Positions 34,180-45,663 of a stretch of DNA of 64,000 nucleotides are shown here, one piece after another. The DNA is from Alphaproteobacteria bacterium (lineage in GTDB: Bacteria > Pseudomonadota > Alphaproteobacteria > Micavibrionales > Micavibrionaceae). Where the stretch lies: NCBI GenBank assembly GCA_020848095.1, contig JADLAT010000002.1, positions 21,293 through 85,292 of the forward strand. Direction: 5' to 3'. Every line of letters begins with the position of its first letter. The stretch's first letter is position 1. A program made the translations under genes and the position numbers. Under the pieces are notes generated by a model. The model was given only the letters and a program-made list of their open reading frames with translations, had not been told where the DNA came from and did no database searches.

Positions 34180-35706
34180 TTATTGCTTGATATGAAGGTT
34201 ACTAAGCTCGCGGGCAATGGCGTCAAACACCTCTAACAGTTTTTCCTGTGTTGGCGCGTCGTAATATTGCGATTCACTGCTGGCACAATCGCGATAATAG
34301 GCTTTGGTATTATCACTCGTCCCCGAAGCAAAGGTGATCGTATAGATCAGCACGCCTTTTTCTTTCAAATCTTCACAGGTTTCCCCAAAGCGCGTATTAA
34401 ATTTCGTAACATTCATATTATGCTTGTTGGCAAACCAGTAATTTGAATACGTTCCGTCACTGGTGTTGTCCCCATCGGTCATCATAATAATTGCTTTTTT
34501 CCAAAATTCATTACCCCAGGAACTTCCTTCAGTAAAAGGCGGCTCCGGCGAAATCAAACGCGAGCCCCAGAGCATACCAACATTCCCCAGCGTGTTACCC
34601 TCTGGCACCATATCATCTACCCGATCAAGCAATGTTTCCTGATCGCTCGAGAGTGGGATGATATACGCATAAGGACATCCACGGTTGGGCGTGCTGTTGC
34701 GGCAATAACAATAACTTGAGTTACATCTGTTGTTGTTCCCGGTACAATCACTGCACCGGGAAGAGCTATAGCCCGATCCGTTACAATACTCGCCATTGCT
34801 GACGACCTTACCGTACATATAAATATCCCACGGCCCGTCATGCTGGTCGAGCACATCAAAATCATAAGGGTCATTGGACGAACTTCCGGGATTCCAGCCA
34901 TGCCCTTTCCAATTACTGCTATAGCGCCAAAGCTGGCCATAAGCATTATTCACAGGGGTCGCCGAAGATTGATAGCCGGACTCCATATGCTCAACCACAC
35001 AACCGTACCAGCCCGAACTGCTATCATGATTAGTCGTGTAACTAACGCCGGGCGGCAGAATCACAAAGACATCCCCATCACCATACACCTGACCATCCGG
35101 TGTATAGCCCAGACCATAACGCCCGATCCGCACACTATTGCTATAGGGAACCATGCCAATGCGCACATAATCCGGATTGGACGTGCGCTCAAAAAGAATA
35201 TTAATAAAGGATTTGGTCGCACTCTTAAGCGTGCCGATATTATCATTCGTAGCCATAGAGCCGGTATTATCAAGCACAAGAGCAACCTCAAGCCCTTGGA
35301 CCTCCCGCTGCACAACCGTATAGGCATTCACATCAATTTCATTAATGCCAATCAAGGTCAAAAAGCTGGTGTGGTAACGCGCCCGGCCACCAACACGGAT
35401 TTCATCACCGACAATTTCAACTTCCGGATCAAACGTAGCGCCCAGCTTTTCCGGCGGATAATTCGCCTCAAAAAATTTCCGAATGCGGTTTTCAATCTCC
35501 GCCGCATCCGAAGAAGAAGCCGCGCCGGCCAATGCCGCAGAATCTATAGCCTGCGCTAATCTTTGCTGCACCAGATAAGCGCCGGCAAAATCAATCGCCA
35601 TCCCGGCTGAACCCACAACAACAGGCGCCATCAATGCAAACATAATAACAATCGCGCCTTTAGCCTGGCGCAGATACAGCGATAACTTTTGTCTATATGT
35701 TGTCAT
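34180..35706 (-). CDS. tadG: TadG-like pilus-associated protein with a vWA domain
   Basis: TadE/G-like N-terminus KGAIVIMFALMAPVVVGSAGMAIDFA. MIDAS-type DNTGSM and later MMTDGDNT. Contains a Cys-rich insert. Confidence 0.8.
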   Translation of the reverse strand: MTTYRQKLSLYLRQAKGAIVIMFALMAPVVVGSAGMAIDFAGAYLVQQRLAQAIDSAALAGAASSSDAAEIENRIRKFFEANYPPEKLGATFDPEVEIVGDEIRVGGRARYHTSFLTLIGINEIDVNAYTVVQREVQGLEVALVLDNTGSMATNDNIGTLKSATKSFINILFERTSNPDYVRIGMVPYSNSVRIGRYGLGYTPDGQVYGDGDVFVILPPGVSYTTNHDSSSGWYGCVVEHMESGYQSSATPVNNAYGQLWRYSSNWKGHGWNPGSSSNDPYDFDVLDQHDGPWDIYMYGKVVSNGEYCNGSGYSSSRCSDCTGNNNRCNSSYCYCRNSTPNRGCPYAYIIPLSSDQETLLDRVDDMVPEGNTLGNVGMLWGSRLISPEPPFTEGSSWGNEFWKKAIIMMTDGDNTSDGTYSNYWFANKHNMNVTKFNTRFGETCEDLKEKGVLIYTITFASGTSDNTKAYYRDCASSESQYYDAPTQEKLLEVFDAIARELSNLHIKQ

Positions 35707-35747
35707 TTTTTATTATACCTATCCATAAATGGCATCGAGCTTTCCGT

Positions 35748-36296
35748 TCAAATCCTTGAAACAACCGCACTCTTTCGCCCTCTTGCGAAGGCAACTTCCT
35801 GCATTTGAATCTCATCCACGACAAACCCGGCAAAAATTGGCTCAAAAGAAAACTCAACCACCACCACCATAACACCACCGCCCGGTTCCGCCAACGCGCT
35901 CACCCGGTCCAGAACATCGGCAACTGCCGTCATATTACGGGTCTCACGCCAGACAATCTGCGGGTTGGAGTCATCATCAAAGCTGATACTGACCATATCC
36001 ACGCCATAGCTATTCGTAGAAAAAGGCGAAAAAGCCAAACGGCTGGCCTCTATGGCTTCGTCAATCATGGCGCTATCCACACTGCGCGTACGCGTAACGA
36101 GATCTGCAGCAATCTGCGAAGCGCGAATAGTCTTTTGGTTGGATAAAATCGCATTGCCCATATCAAACGTCCCCAGAAGCAACGTCATCAATAACGGAAA
36201 AACCATAGCGGCTTCAATCGCAGCAATGCCATCCCGCGCCCTAAGCCAGCGTTGAAAAAATCCGGATAGCTTCGTAATTTTAATACCCCTAAACAT
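35748..36296 (-). CDS. TadE/TadF-like pseudopilin
   Basis: RDGIAAIEAAMVFPLLMTLLLGTFDMG matches the TadE-like N-terminal motif. The start is uncertain: the ORF track extends to 36356, while ATG 36296 overlaps the upstream gene by only 8 nt. Confidence 0.7.
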   Translation of the reverse strand: MFRGIKITKLSGFFQRWLRARDGIAAIEAAMVFPLLMTLLLGTFDMGNAILSNQKTIRASQIAADLVTRTRSVDSAMIDEAIEASRLAFSPFSTNSYGVDMVSISFDDDSNPQIVWRETRNMTAVADVLDRVSALAEPGGGVMVVVVEFSFEPIFAGFVVDEIQMQEVAFARGRKSAVVSRI

Positions 36297-36831
36297 CGCC
36301 TTGAAACTCATAAGGTTCGATCTGTAAAACAATAGTAGAGAGAAAAAGCCTTTCATTACTCGGTCCGGCTAATAAACGGCCAATAAACGGCGTCATCATC
36401 TCATAGCGATAGGCAACTCGAATTAAAACGCGTTCATCCGATCCTCCTGCATTAAATCCGCTGCTGATCATATCGCCATTTTCATCAAATTGAGGCCCCA
36501 TCCCCCCCGCATCGTAAAAACTGGCAAGAGGAGAAACCTCAAGCTGGATATCATTACAGCGAATTAAAACAGTTGCATAATCGCACAAGGCCTGCCGAAA
36601 CATCTCCTCCGGATCAGCCCCAGATTGCTGCAATTGACCCGTGCGCACCAGCCGCGATGCGGAGCTTGTAGCCCCCTCCAGCAAACTGGCCGAAGCATAC
36701 ATAACCGAAAGCTCGATAATGCCGAGCGTCAAAACCATATAAGGAACAATCATAAGACTAAACTCTATGGCCGTAGTGCCAGCGGAGTCTTTTAGCCACT
36801 TTTTTAAAAACCTGCCCGGCATCGTCTTCAA
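36289..36831 (-). CDS. TadE-like pseudopilin
   Basis: AGTTAIEFSLMIVPYMVLTLGIIELS matches the TadE-like N-terminal motif. Confidence 0.75.
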   Translation of the reverse strand: MKTMPGRFLKKWLKDSAGTTAIEFSLMIVPYMVLTLGIIELSVMYASASLLEGATSSASRLVRTGQLQQSGADPEEMFRQALCDYATVLIRCNDIQLEVSPLASFYDAGGMGPQFDENGDMISSGFNAGGSDERVLIRVAYRYEMMTPFIGRLLAGPSNERLFLSTIVLQIEPYEFQGDV

Positions 36832-36873
36832 AACTATCCCGTTTTTATCTCAAATTTTGTCTATATCGAAGGC

Positions 36874-36899
36874 ACAAAAAAAGCGGCGAAAACCGCTTT
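36874..36899 (-). terminator. Rho-independent terminator after the pseudokinase/membrane-protein pair
   Basis: On the minus strand: AAAGCGG, TTTTCG, CCGCTTT, then a T run. Confidence 0.6.
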
Positions 36900-36951
36900 A
36901 TCTCCGATACACCCGCTACAACCATTATCGATCACAATAATGAATGAACCC

Positions 36952-37491
36952 TTAATACGCAGAAGAATCCATTCTATTAGACGTATCCGAAAGCGGAAAA
37001 CCCTCCGCATCCAGCGGAATAGTGCCGTTAACCTCCAGGCCCCAGCGTTCTATAAGCGCAGCCTGACGCTCCTCAATTGCTTTTTTTCTGGAAATAGCCC
37101 GCTGATAAGCCATACTGGCCACAAGCGAGGTCAAGGTCCAGTCGATCAAATATCCAACGCCCGCCGCTGCGTAAACGACAATAATGGCCATAGGGTCCAA
37201 AATAATATCAAGAGATTTCTCCAGCGTATGATCGCTCGTCCAAAGCTCCATCAAAAACGGCATACAACCCGCCATATTCATAGCCCCAACCGTAACGGTT
37301 TTAAGCTTCTTCTTTGTTGTATCAATAAAAAACGCCGCGAACATGGGCATCAGACTAATAAAAAGCAGCACTGCCGTCGGCAGAAAAACCGCAGAAAGAA
37401 GCAAAAATCCGATAAGGAATATCTGCACCTTAAACTTGGCCCCGGATCTTTTCTTCTTTTTAGCCTCTTTTTTTTCTGTTTTCTTTGCCAT
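36952..37491 (-). CDS. Small polytopic membrane protein with a Lys-rich N-terminus
   Basis: ATG 37491 is preceded by AAGG and lies 8 nt after the stop of the upstream pseudokinase gene. Several hydrophobic segments. No family recognised. Confidence 0.6.
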   Translation of the reverse strand: MAKKTEKKEAKKKKRSGAKFKVQIFLIGFLLLSAVFLPTAVLLFISLMPMFAAFFIDTTKKKLKTVTVGAMNMAGCMPFLMELWTSDHTLEKSLDIILDPMAIIVVYAAAGVGYLIDWTLTSLVASMAYQRAISRKKAIEERQAALIERWGLEVNGTIPLDAEGFPLSDTSNRMDSSAY

Positions 37492-37499
37492 CTTAACCT

Positions 37500-39605
37500 T
37501 CAAAAAAGCGGTTTATCTGATAAAAACATTGTCGCAATGACCATAATTGCTATAGCAGCGATCGCACAAGATACAATCGCCGACCACTCACGCCCCGACT
37601 CCAGTCCAAATTTATCTTTACCCGCAAGCCCGGCTTCAAGCGCATAACGCTCTTTTTCAATAACAGCAAACTCAAGCATAGCCCGCCGGAAATCGGTAAA
37701 ATCCCGGCTAATGGTTTCAGGGTTCTCCAGCAAAGCCGACATCTTCTGAAGATCCCCCTTCTCCGCGTATTCAGCCGCGCTCTTTTTAAGCTTCTCCCGC
37801 AGCGTACGATCATGATAACGCTCAAAAACGGAAGAAATCATGGAAAAGAGTGCCTTGGTTACAAAAGGAACCCCGCCCGTATCGTGACGTTTTTGTATAG
37901 CTGCCAGACATTTTAAATTAACCAAAATCGCCTTACGCCGATCTTTTGTATTCAAATCAAATACATAAGGCTCAATCACCTTTGAATCCCGCTGCATCAA
38001 AAATCCGACACTGTGACGATCCAAAAACATGCTCGGCACCTTGTTTTTCCGGCACAAATCCTCAAAAGCCAGCAAAAGATCGCCGGTTCTCATAACATAG
38101 TAATCTTTGACAATATCGCTCAAACAATAGGAATCGGGACAAAGCACATACAAAACCCGCTCCAGCCCCTCTCCTATTTTATTACTGCGCAAAAATCTGC
38201 GGCAGGCCTCAAAACGACTGTGAAGCCCTACCGTATCCACGCTGGGATTATCCTGCATAGCCAGCCAGTTCGTAGCAATACCGCTGCCGATCATCTCCGC
38301 AAATGGTGCCAAAGGCTGCTTTAGCACAACATTTTTAGCCAGCGCCGTGCCAATTCCATCCCCTGTAGTGTGAATATTCTTGTACCTGATCGGCGCATTA
38401 GGATCCAAAGCAATGGATAAATTGGCCGCCAGCCGCTCTTCATAGCCCGGCCCCACCCCGGGTAATTTAGCGCTCATCAACGCCTTGTCAAAGCGCAGAC
38501 TAAGCTCCTCCTCCCCAATCGCACGATCAAGCCATTGAAACAGGGAATCATCTTCAACAATCGTTCTTGTTTCCGAAAGATTACGCCCCAACTCCATAGC
38601 CAGCAACGGCGTAAGGAGTATTTTATCATTCGCAAAACTAATCGCTCGCCGGGCTTTCTTGACAACAATCGATTGCTTGGGCGTCAGGCGTCGCCCATCC
38701 AACCATGCCTGAATCTCATCAATTTTCCACCTTTGGACCGGGTCATCATGCAAAAGCCCACGTAATAATTCGAGCGTTTCGCCCTTAAAGCGCTCCTTAC
38801 CTGTCACGGTAATATAACTTCCCGCCGAAATTTTATTACGAATAACCTCCGCGCTCTTCATCTCGAACAGCGGATCATATTGCCGTAAAATCACGGCCAG
38901 AGACACGCCAAACGCATACAGATCATCCGCTTGCGTCCCTCGCCCTCTGGCAACCGGGTCAGCGTGCGCCCGCTCTACAGATAAATAAAGCGGGGGCTGC
39001 GTATAAAAACTTGGCGCCGAGAGACATTCGCCCAGCATAATCTTCTTAGGCGCATCGGGCGGAGCCATATTGAACATATTCGATGGACGGATTGCCCCGT
39101 GAACAAAATCCTTATCTCTGAAATCCATAAAGACCTCGAGCATCGGCTTAACAATCGCCTGCACAACTTCCTCTTGCCGCCACCCCAGAGCCGCCCGCTC
39201 TCCTTCTTTAAAAATAGCCTGTCCGGGGTTATCGAAATAAAACAGAACAAAACGTTCCTGCTTGGCTGGTGGCCAATATATTTTTCCATAGCGCACAAGC
39301 TGCAAAAGAAAAGGGTTGGATATACTGCCATAAGCGCTAATGCTCGAAATGCGGGGAATTAAATGCGGCTCGCAAATAACCGCGACAAGAGGCGTGCGCG
39401 CCTTATCTACGGCAATGGCTCGATAAGCTTTGTTCTCCGCAACATCAAGACGCGCAATATTCTGTCCGTAATAAATCTCAATCTTGTCTTCAAAAAGAAC
39501 AAAAGGCTGGCCGCCGCCTTTTTCAGCTGACATTTTCCTATCAGCGGGCTGGGCTGCCGAACCGCCAACATTATGTGCAACGTCTCTGGTGTCTTTATCG
39601 GACAT
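37500..39605 (-). CDS. Membrane-anchored protein with a degenerate Ser/Thr-kinase-like (pseudokinase) domain
   Basis: HGAIRPSNMF in place of HRDLKPxN. No DFG (KIMLGECL). DDLYAFGVSLAVIL (subdomain IX-like). LLHDDPVQRWKIDEIQAWL (subdomain XI-like). ~350 aa of unknown sequence follow, then the C-terminal TM segment WSAIVSCAIAAIAIMVIATMFL. Confidence 0.6.
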   Translation of the reverse strand: MSDKDTRDVAHNVGGSAAQPADRKMSAEKGGGQPFVLFEDKIEIYYGQNIARLDVAENKAYRAIAVDKARTPLVAVICEPHLIPRISSISAYGSISNPFLLQLVRYGKIYWPPAKQERFVLFYFDNPGQAIFKEGERAALGWRQEEVVQAIVKPMLEVFMDFRDKDFVHGAIRPSNMFNMAPPDAPKKIMLGECLSAPSFYTQPPLYLSVERAHADPVARGRGTQADDLYAFGVSLAVILRQYDPLFEMKSAEVIRNKISAGSYITVTGKERFKGETLELLRGLLHDDPVQRWKIDEIQAWLDGRRLTPKQSIVVKKARRAISFANDKILLTPLLAMELGRNLSETRTIVEDDSLFQWLDRAIGEEELSLRFDKALMSAKLPGVGPGYEERLAANLSIALDPNAPIRYKNIHTTGDGIGTALAKNVVLKQPLAPFAEMIGSGIATNWLAMQDNPSVDTVGLHSRFEACRRFLRSNKIGEGLERVLYVLCPDSYCLSDIVKDYYVMRTGDLLLAFEDLCRKNKVPSMFLDRHSVGFLMQRDSKVIEPYVFDLNTKDRRKAILVNLKCLAAIQKRHDTGGVPFVTKALFSMISSVFERYHDRTLREKLKKSAAEYAEKGDLQKMSALLENPETISRDFTDFRRAMLEFAVIEKERYALEAGLAGKDKFGLESGREWSAIVSCAIAAIAIMVIATMFLSDKPLF

Positions 39606-39757
39606 TCAGGACTTTTCCATATCTAAAATCAATAGAGCCAGAACAAGGCAGACAAACCACCAGACAGGCCATTGTAAGGCCAATCCACACAAAAGTAAAA
39701 CGGCTTACCTTCGCTTTAAGCAACCATCCGCACTGCCTTTTAAAAATACGGCAGATT

Positions 39758-41059
<1,302 letters not shown>

Positions 41060-42220
41060 CTAAATCTCCTGAATTTTTCCGTTTTTATAAATTGCTTTAA
41101 AATCCTGCGTCGATGGCCGCTCATCCGCTCCCCGAATAACAACCCACCCGGCATCCTGCAACATCTTCACACAAGACCATCCCTCGGCCTTGGGCACGTA
41201 AATGCGCTGCGTTAGCGTTTCATCTTTCATAGCCTGGCGCAACGTATCCATATAAAAGGTAAAACCTGCGGCACTGGTATCCGCGCCTTGTCCGCCCGGC
41301 ACACGATAGCGCCCTCCCCGGCCCAGCTCTCCGCGAACATCTTTGGAAAAGAAAGTAAAGGCAACACCATCATGGTATTCAAACCCTCTGCTTTCAAGCG
41401 GATCGATCGTTAAACTGACACCGCCCAGCCCGAGCGCCTGCGCCGCCTTTTCAATACCCGTCACCACGTCACGCAAACGGGCTGCCAAAGACGCCGCCGC
41501 ACCGGGCAGATCAAGAGCCTCCAGCTTCGGCAAAGCACGATCAGAAGCCCCCGACGCATGCAAAAGCCCTTGCAAAATAGCGCGAAGATCGAGGTCTTCA
41601 ACCGTTTCCAAAACCTGCTCGTCCCGGCTTTGAAGGCGCCTGCACAAATCCCGCCTCTGCGCCGGGTCCATGCCGTAACTCTCCAGCACGGCCTCTAAAA
41701 GGCGGGGAACGGCAAAATCAATACTGACAGATCCAAGCGCCAGAGAGGCTAGACCATTAAGCGCCACAATCACAATCTCGACATCCGAATCCGCATCATC
41801 CGTCCCGATCATCTCACACCCGACTTGCGTAAACTGTCGCAAGGTGCGCTGCTGACTGGCACGCGTACGAATCACATCATTGGCATATGTCAAACGCAAG
41901 GGGCGGGAGGCCCCCGGCAAACGCGAAACGGCTATCCGCGCGATCTGCGCCGTTATATCGGAACGCAGCCCCATCATACGATGCGAGACCGGGTCCATAA
42001 CCCTGAATGTTTCCTGCGAGAGCGCCGCGCCCGGTCCGGTGGACATAAGCGATTCCTCAAACTCCGCCAAAGGCGGCTTGACGCGCTCATACCCGAAACG
42101 GCCAAAGGCCGACATCAATGTTCCGATTGCCTGATATTCCCTCTGCGCATGCGGCGGCAGAAGATCCTCAAACCCGCTCGGCAGGAGCGCCCGCTCTCCG
42201 GCTTTTTCATTCATAGACAT
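41060..42220 (-). CDS. hisZ: ATP phosphoribosyltransferase regulatory subunit HisZ
   Basis: HisRS-like fold without an anticodon-binding domain. LLPSGFEDLLP start, directly upstream of purA. Confidence 0.85.
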   Translation of the reverse strand: MSMNEKAGERALLPSGFEDLLPPHAQREYQAIGTLMSAFGRFGYERVKPPLAEFEESLMSTGPGAALSQETFRVMDPVSHRMMGLRSDITAQIARIAVSRLPGASRPLRLTYANDVIRTRASQQRTLRQFTQVGCEMIGTDDADSDVEIVIVALNGLASLALGSVSIDFAVPRLLEAVLESYGMDPAQRRDLCRRLQSRDEQVLETVEDLDLRAILQGLLHASGASDRALPKLEALDLPGAAASLAARLRDVVTGIEKAAQALGLGGVSLTIDPLESRGFEYHDGVAFTFFSKDVRGELGRGGRYRVPGGQGADTSAAGFTFYMDTLRQAMKDETLTQRIYVPKAEGWSCVKMLQDAGWVVIRGADERPSTQDFKAIYKNGKIQEI

Positions 42221-42262
42221 AAACCCGTTGTCTTCATTGTGGTTGTTAACTAAGGCCTGACC

Positions 42263-43624
42263 CTAGGACGAACAGGCAACTTTTTCAATAACGGCGCATA
42301 AATCGCCTACAACATTCTCAACCATCTCCGGATCATCCCCCTCGGCCATCACCCGGATCACCGCCTCCGTCCCGGAGGCACGCACCAGAACCCGGCCTTT
42401 ATGGACCAAAATATGTTCCGCCGCTAAAATGGCTTTTTGCACTTCGGTTTTCTCCAGCGGCTTACCGCCTTTAAAATGAACATTCCTCAAAATTTGCGGC
42501 AAGGGCGTAAACACGTTCAGTGCCTCACTGGCCTTTTGCCCCGAGGTCTTCAAAATTGATAAAATCCTGAGCGCGGCCATCAACCCATCACCCGTGGTCG
42601 AATAATCGGAAAGAATAATATGCCCGGATTGTTCTCCGCCAAGGGAATAACCACCGGCGCGCATTTCTTCCATCACATAGCGATCACCGACCGCTGTTCG
42701 CAAAAGCCGTATATTTTTTTGCTCCAAAAACCGTTCCAGCCCCAGATTAGACATCACGGTCGAGACAACCGTATTACCAACCAGACTTTCCTGCTCCTGC
42801 AGGGTTGTTGCCAAAATACCCATCAGCTGATCGCCATCAATCTTTTGACCGCGCTCATCCACCACAATCAGGCGGTCCGCATCCCCATCAAGCGCGATAC
42901 CAATATCCGCCTTACGCTCCACAACCATCTTTGAAAGATTCTCAATCGCCGTTGCGCCATAGCCATCATTGATATTCCGGCCATTCGGCTCATCGCCTAT
43001 AGAGATAACATCAGCTTCCAATTCCCAAAGCACCTGCGGCGCAACCTTATACGCGGCCCCATGCGCGCAATCGACCACAACCCGCAGCCCCTCAAGAGAT
43101 TCCCCGCGCGGCAAGGACCGCTTGACACTCTCGGCATAACGGCCCAGCGCATCATCCAGTCGCGCCGCCTTCCCCAGATCCCCCGGCAATGCCAGAGCAG
43201 CACTCATGTCCTGCTCAAGCTGCGCCTCAATCTCGCGCTCAATGTCATCATCCAGCTTATAGCCATCCGCGCCAAAAAGCTTGATGCCGTTATCCTGAAA
43301 CAAATTATGAGAGGCCGAAATCATCACGCCCAAATCGGCGCGCAAGGACCGCGTGAGCATCGCCACCGCGGGCGTTGGCACCGGCCCGGTCAAAATTACA
43401 TCCATACCCATGGAAAGAAACCCGGCGGTCACCGCCTGCTCCAGCATATAACACGACAGGCGTGTATCCTTACCAATCACAACCCGGTCCGTTGGCTGCC
43501 CGCCGCGCCGCGCCCGCAAGACACAGGCCACCGCCATAGCCACCCTCAGCACCATTTCCGCCGTCATAGGGTACGTATTGGCCTCGCCGCGAATACCATC
43601 CGTTCCAAAATATCGCCGTGTCAT
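42263..43624 (-). CDS. glmM: Phosphoglucosamine mutase
   Basis: YFGTDGIRG and the active-site segment [14 protein letters not shown]. Confidence 0.95.
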   Translation of the reverse strand: MTRRYFGTDGIRGEANTYPMTAEMVLRVAMAVACVLRARRGGQPTDRVVIGKDTRLSCYMLEQAVTAGFLSMGMDVILTGPVPTPAVAMLTRSLRADLGVMISASHNLFQDNGIKLFGADGYKLDDDIEREIEAQLEQDMSAALALPGDLGKAARLDDALGRYAESVKRSLPRGESLEGLRVVVDCAHGAAYKVAPQVLWELEADVISIGDEPNGRNINDGYGATAIENLSKMVVERKADIGIALDGDADRLIVVDERGQKIDGDQLMGILATTLQEQESLVGNTVVSTVMSNLGLERFLEQKNIRLLRTAVGDRYVMEEMRAGGYSLGGEQSGHIILSDYSTTGDGLMAALRILSILKTSGQKASEALNVFTPLPQILRNVHFKGGKPLEKTEVQKAILAAEHILVHKGRVLVRASGTEAVIRVMAEGDDPEMVENVVGDLCAVIEKVACSS

Positions 43625-43662
43625 GAAAACTCACTTATCCGTAACAAGCCAAAAACCAGTGA

Positions 43663-45573
43663 TCACGCCCCTTGAGGAATTTCACCGCTGCCACTGCTGC
43701 TCGGCACCGAAGAGCGCGGCTTGGCATCCGAAGGCGCGTCTGAATCATCCCGAATAATTGGTTTCCCGGCCAGAATACTTTTAATCTCATCCCCGGAAAG
43801 CAACTCATATTCGAGCAACGCCTTGGCCAGTTTATGAAGATCATCAAGATGATCCGTCAATATTTGCTTGGCACGCGCATAGGCCTTTTCAACGATCTGC
43901 CGAATTTCAGAATCAACAATCGCTGCGGTTTCATCGGACATATTCTTGGTCTGGGTCACGGAATGCCCCAAAAACACTTCTTCCTGATCGGAGGCATAAC
44001 GCAACGGGCCTAATTTATCGCTCAAACCCCATTCCGTCACCATACGCCGCGCCATGCCGGTCGCCATGGAAATATCACTCGAGGCCCCGGTCGTAACCTT
44101 CTCGTAACCGAAAATAAGCTCCTCCGCCACGCGCCCGCCCATAGCCACAGCCAGATCCGCATGCAACTTCTCCCGCGCCATAGACAAACGGTCGCGCTCC
44201 GGCAGGCGCATCACCAGCCCCAAAGCCCGGCCACGCGGTACAATTGTTGCCTTATGCACCGGGTCGGATGCTGGCTCATGAATAGCCACCAGCGCATGTC
44301 CCGCCTCGTGATAAGCGGTCAGCTTTTTCTCGTCCTCGCTCATCACCATGGATCGGCGCTCGGACCCCATAAGAACCTTATCCTTCGCCTCTTCAAATTC
44401 TTCCATCGCCACAACACGTTTGCCGCGCCGCGCCGCCAGAAGAGCCGCCTCATTCACCAGATTCGCAAGATCCGCACCGGAAAAACCGGGCGTTCCCCGC
44501 GCAATCACATGCGCATCGACATTGCTGGACATCGGCACTTTTTTCATATGCACCTGTAAAATCTTCTCGCGGCCCTTGATATCAGGCAAAGGCACGACAA
44601 TCTGGCGGTCAAAACGCCCCGGACGCAAAAGCGCAGGGTCCAGAACATCCGGGCGGTTGGTCGCCGCCAGAATAATCACGCCTTCGTTGGATTCAAAGCC
44701 ATCCATCTCCACCAGAAGCTGATTAAGCGTTTGTTCGCGCTCATCATTACCACCGCCCAGCCCCGCGCCACGATGGCGGCCTACAGCATCAATTTCGTCG
44801 ATAAAGATAATACACGGGGCATTCTTTTTGCCCTGTTCAAACATATCCCGCACGCGGCTTGCGCCGACGCCCACAAACATCTCCACAAAATCAGAGCCTG
44901 AAATGGTAAAAAACGGTACATTGGCCTCACCGGCGACCGCGCGGGCCACCAGCGTTTTTCCCGTACCGGGCGAACCCACAAGCAACGCCCCCTTGGGAAT
45001 TTTCCCGCCCAGACGAGAGTATTTCTGCGGGTCTTTCAAAAACTCGACAATCTCCTCAAGCTCCTGCTTGGCCTCTTCAATCCCGGCGACATCCTCAAAA
45101 GTCACGCGCCCGTGTTTCTCAGTAAGCAACCGCGCTCTGGACTTTCCAAACCCCATAGCGCCGCCACCGCCCTTACCCTGCATCTGGCGCATGAAAAACA
45201 GCCACACACCGATAATCAAAAAGGCCGGCAACAGGGAAATAAAAACCCCCATAAAGCTGATGCGATTAGGGTCGATCTGCTCGGCGGTAATTTGCACCGA
45301 AGTTCCCTGCAAGCGTTCCACCACATTTTCATTCGGAGGGACCATCACCTTAAAGGTCTCACCATTGCTGGCAAAAACCCCGGAAAGCTCATCACCTTTG
45401 ATGGTAACCTTGGAAATTTGCCCGGCACGCGCCTGCGTCATAAACTCGCTGTAAGATAAGCCGGAGGCATGACCGATCGTAGATTTCTGCTCACCCTGAA
45501 ACACATTAAATAAAAACAGGGCCAGCATAACCACTGCCAGCCAAAAAACCGCATTTTTTCCCAATCCGTTCAC
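43663..45573 (-). CDS. ftsH: ATP-dependent zinc metalloprotease FtsH
   Basis: Two N-terminal TM segments, the AAA+ Walker A GSPGTGKT, and the HEAGH zinc site. Confidence 0.98.
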   Translation of the reverse strand: MNGLGKNAVFWLAVVMLALFLFNVFQGEQKSTIGHASGLSYSEFMTQARAGQISKVTIKGDELSGVFASNGETFKVMVPPNENVVERLQGTSVQITAEQIDPNRISFMGVFISLLPAFLIIGVWLFFMRQMQGKGGGGAMGFGKSRARLLTEKHGRVTFEDVAGIEEAKQELEEIVEFLKDPQKYSRLGGKIPKGALLVGSPGTGKTLVARAVAGEANVPFFTISGSDFVEMFVGVGASRVRDMFEQGKKNAPCIIFIDEIDAVGRHRGAGLGGGNDEREQTLNQLLVEMDGFESNEGVIILAATNRPDVLDPALLRPGRFDRQIVVPLPDIKGREKILQVHMKKVPMSSNVDAHVIARGTPGFSGADLANLVNEAALLAARRGKRVVAMEEFEEAKDKVLMGSERRSMVMSEDEKKLTAYHEAGHALVAIHEPASDPVHKATIVPRGRALGLVMRLPERDRLSMAREKLHADLAVAMGGRVAEELIFGYEKVTTGASSDISMATGMARRMVTEWGLSDKLGPLRYASDQEEVFLGHSVTQTKNMSDETAAIVDSEIRQIVEKAYARAKQILTDHLDDLHKLAKALLEYELLSGDEIKSILAGKPIIRDDSDAPSDAKPRSSVPSSSGSGEIPQGA

Positions 45574-45663
45574 GTCACGCCCTACCTTTCAAACCCGCAT
45601 CAACTCTTTGCTAACGCCGTCATAATGAACTAATCCGTTTAGGCTTGCAAACAAGAATCCGCT

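Noticed and set aside
39690-39757. A stem-loop (CTGCC..GGCAG) downstream of purA as a terminator.
   Set aside because: On the purA (minus) strand the hairpin is short and is not followed by a T run.
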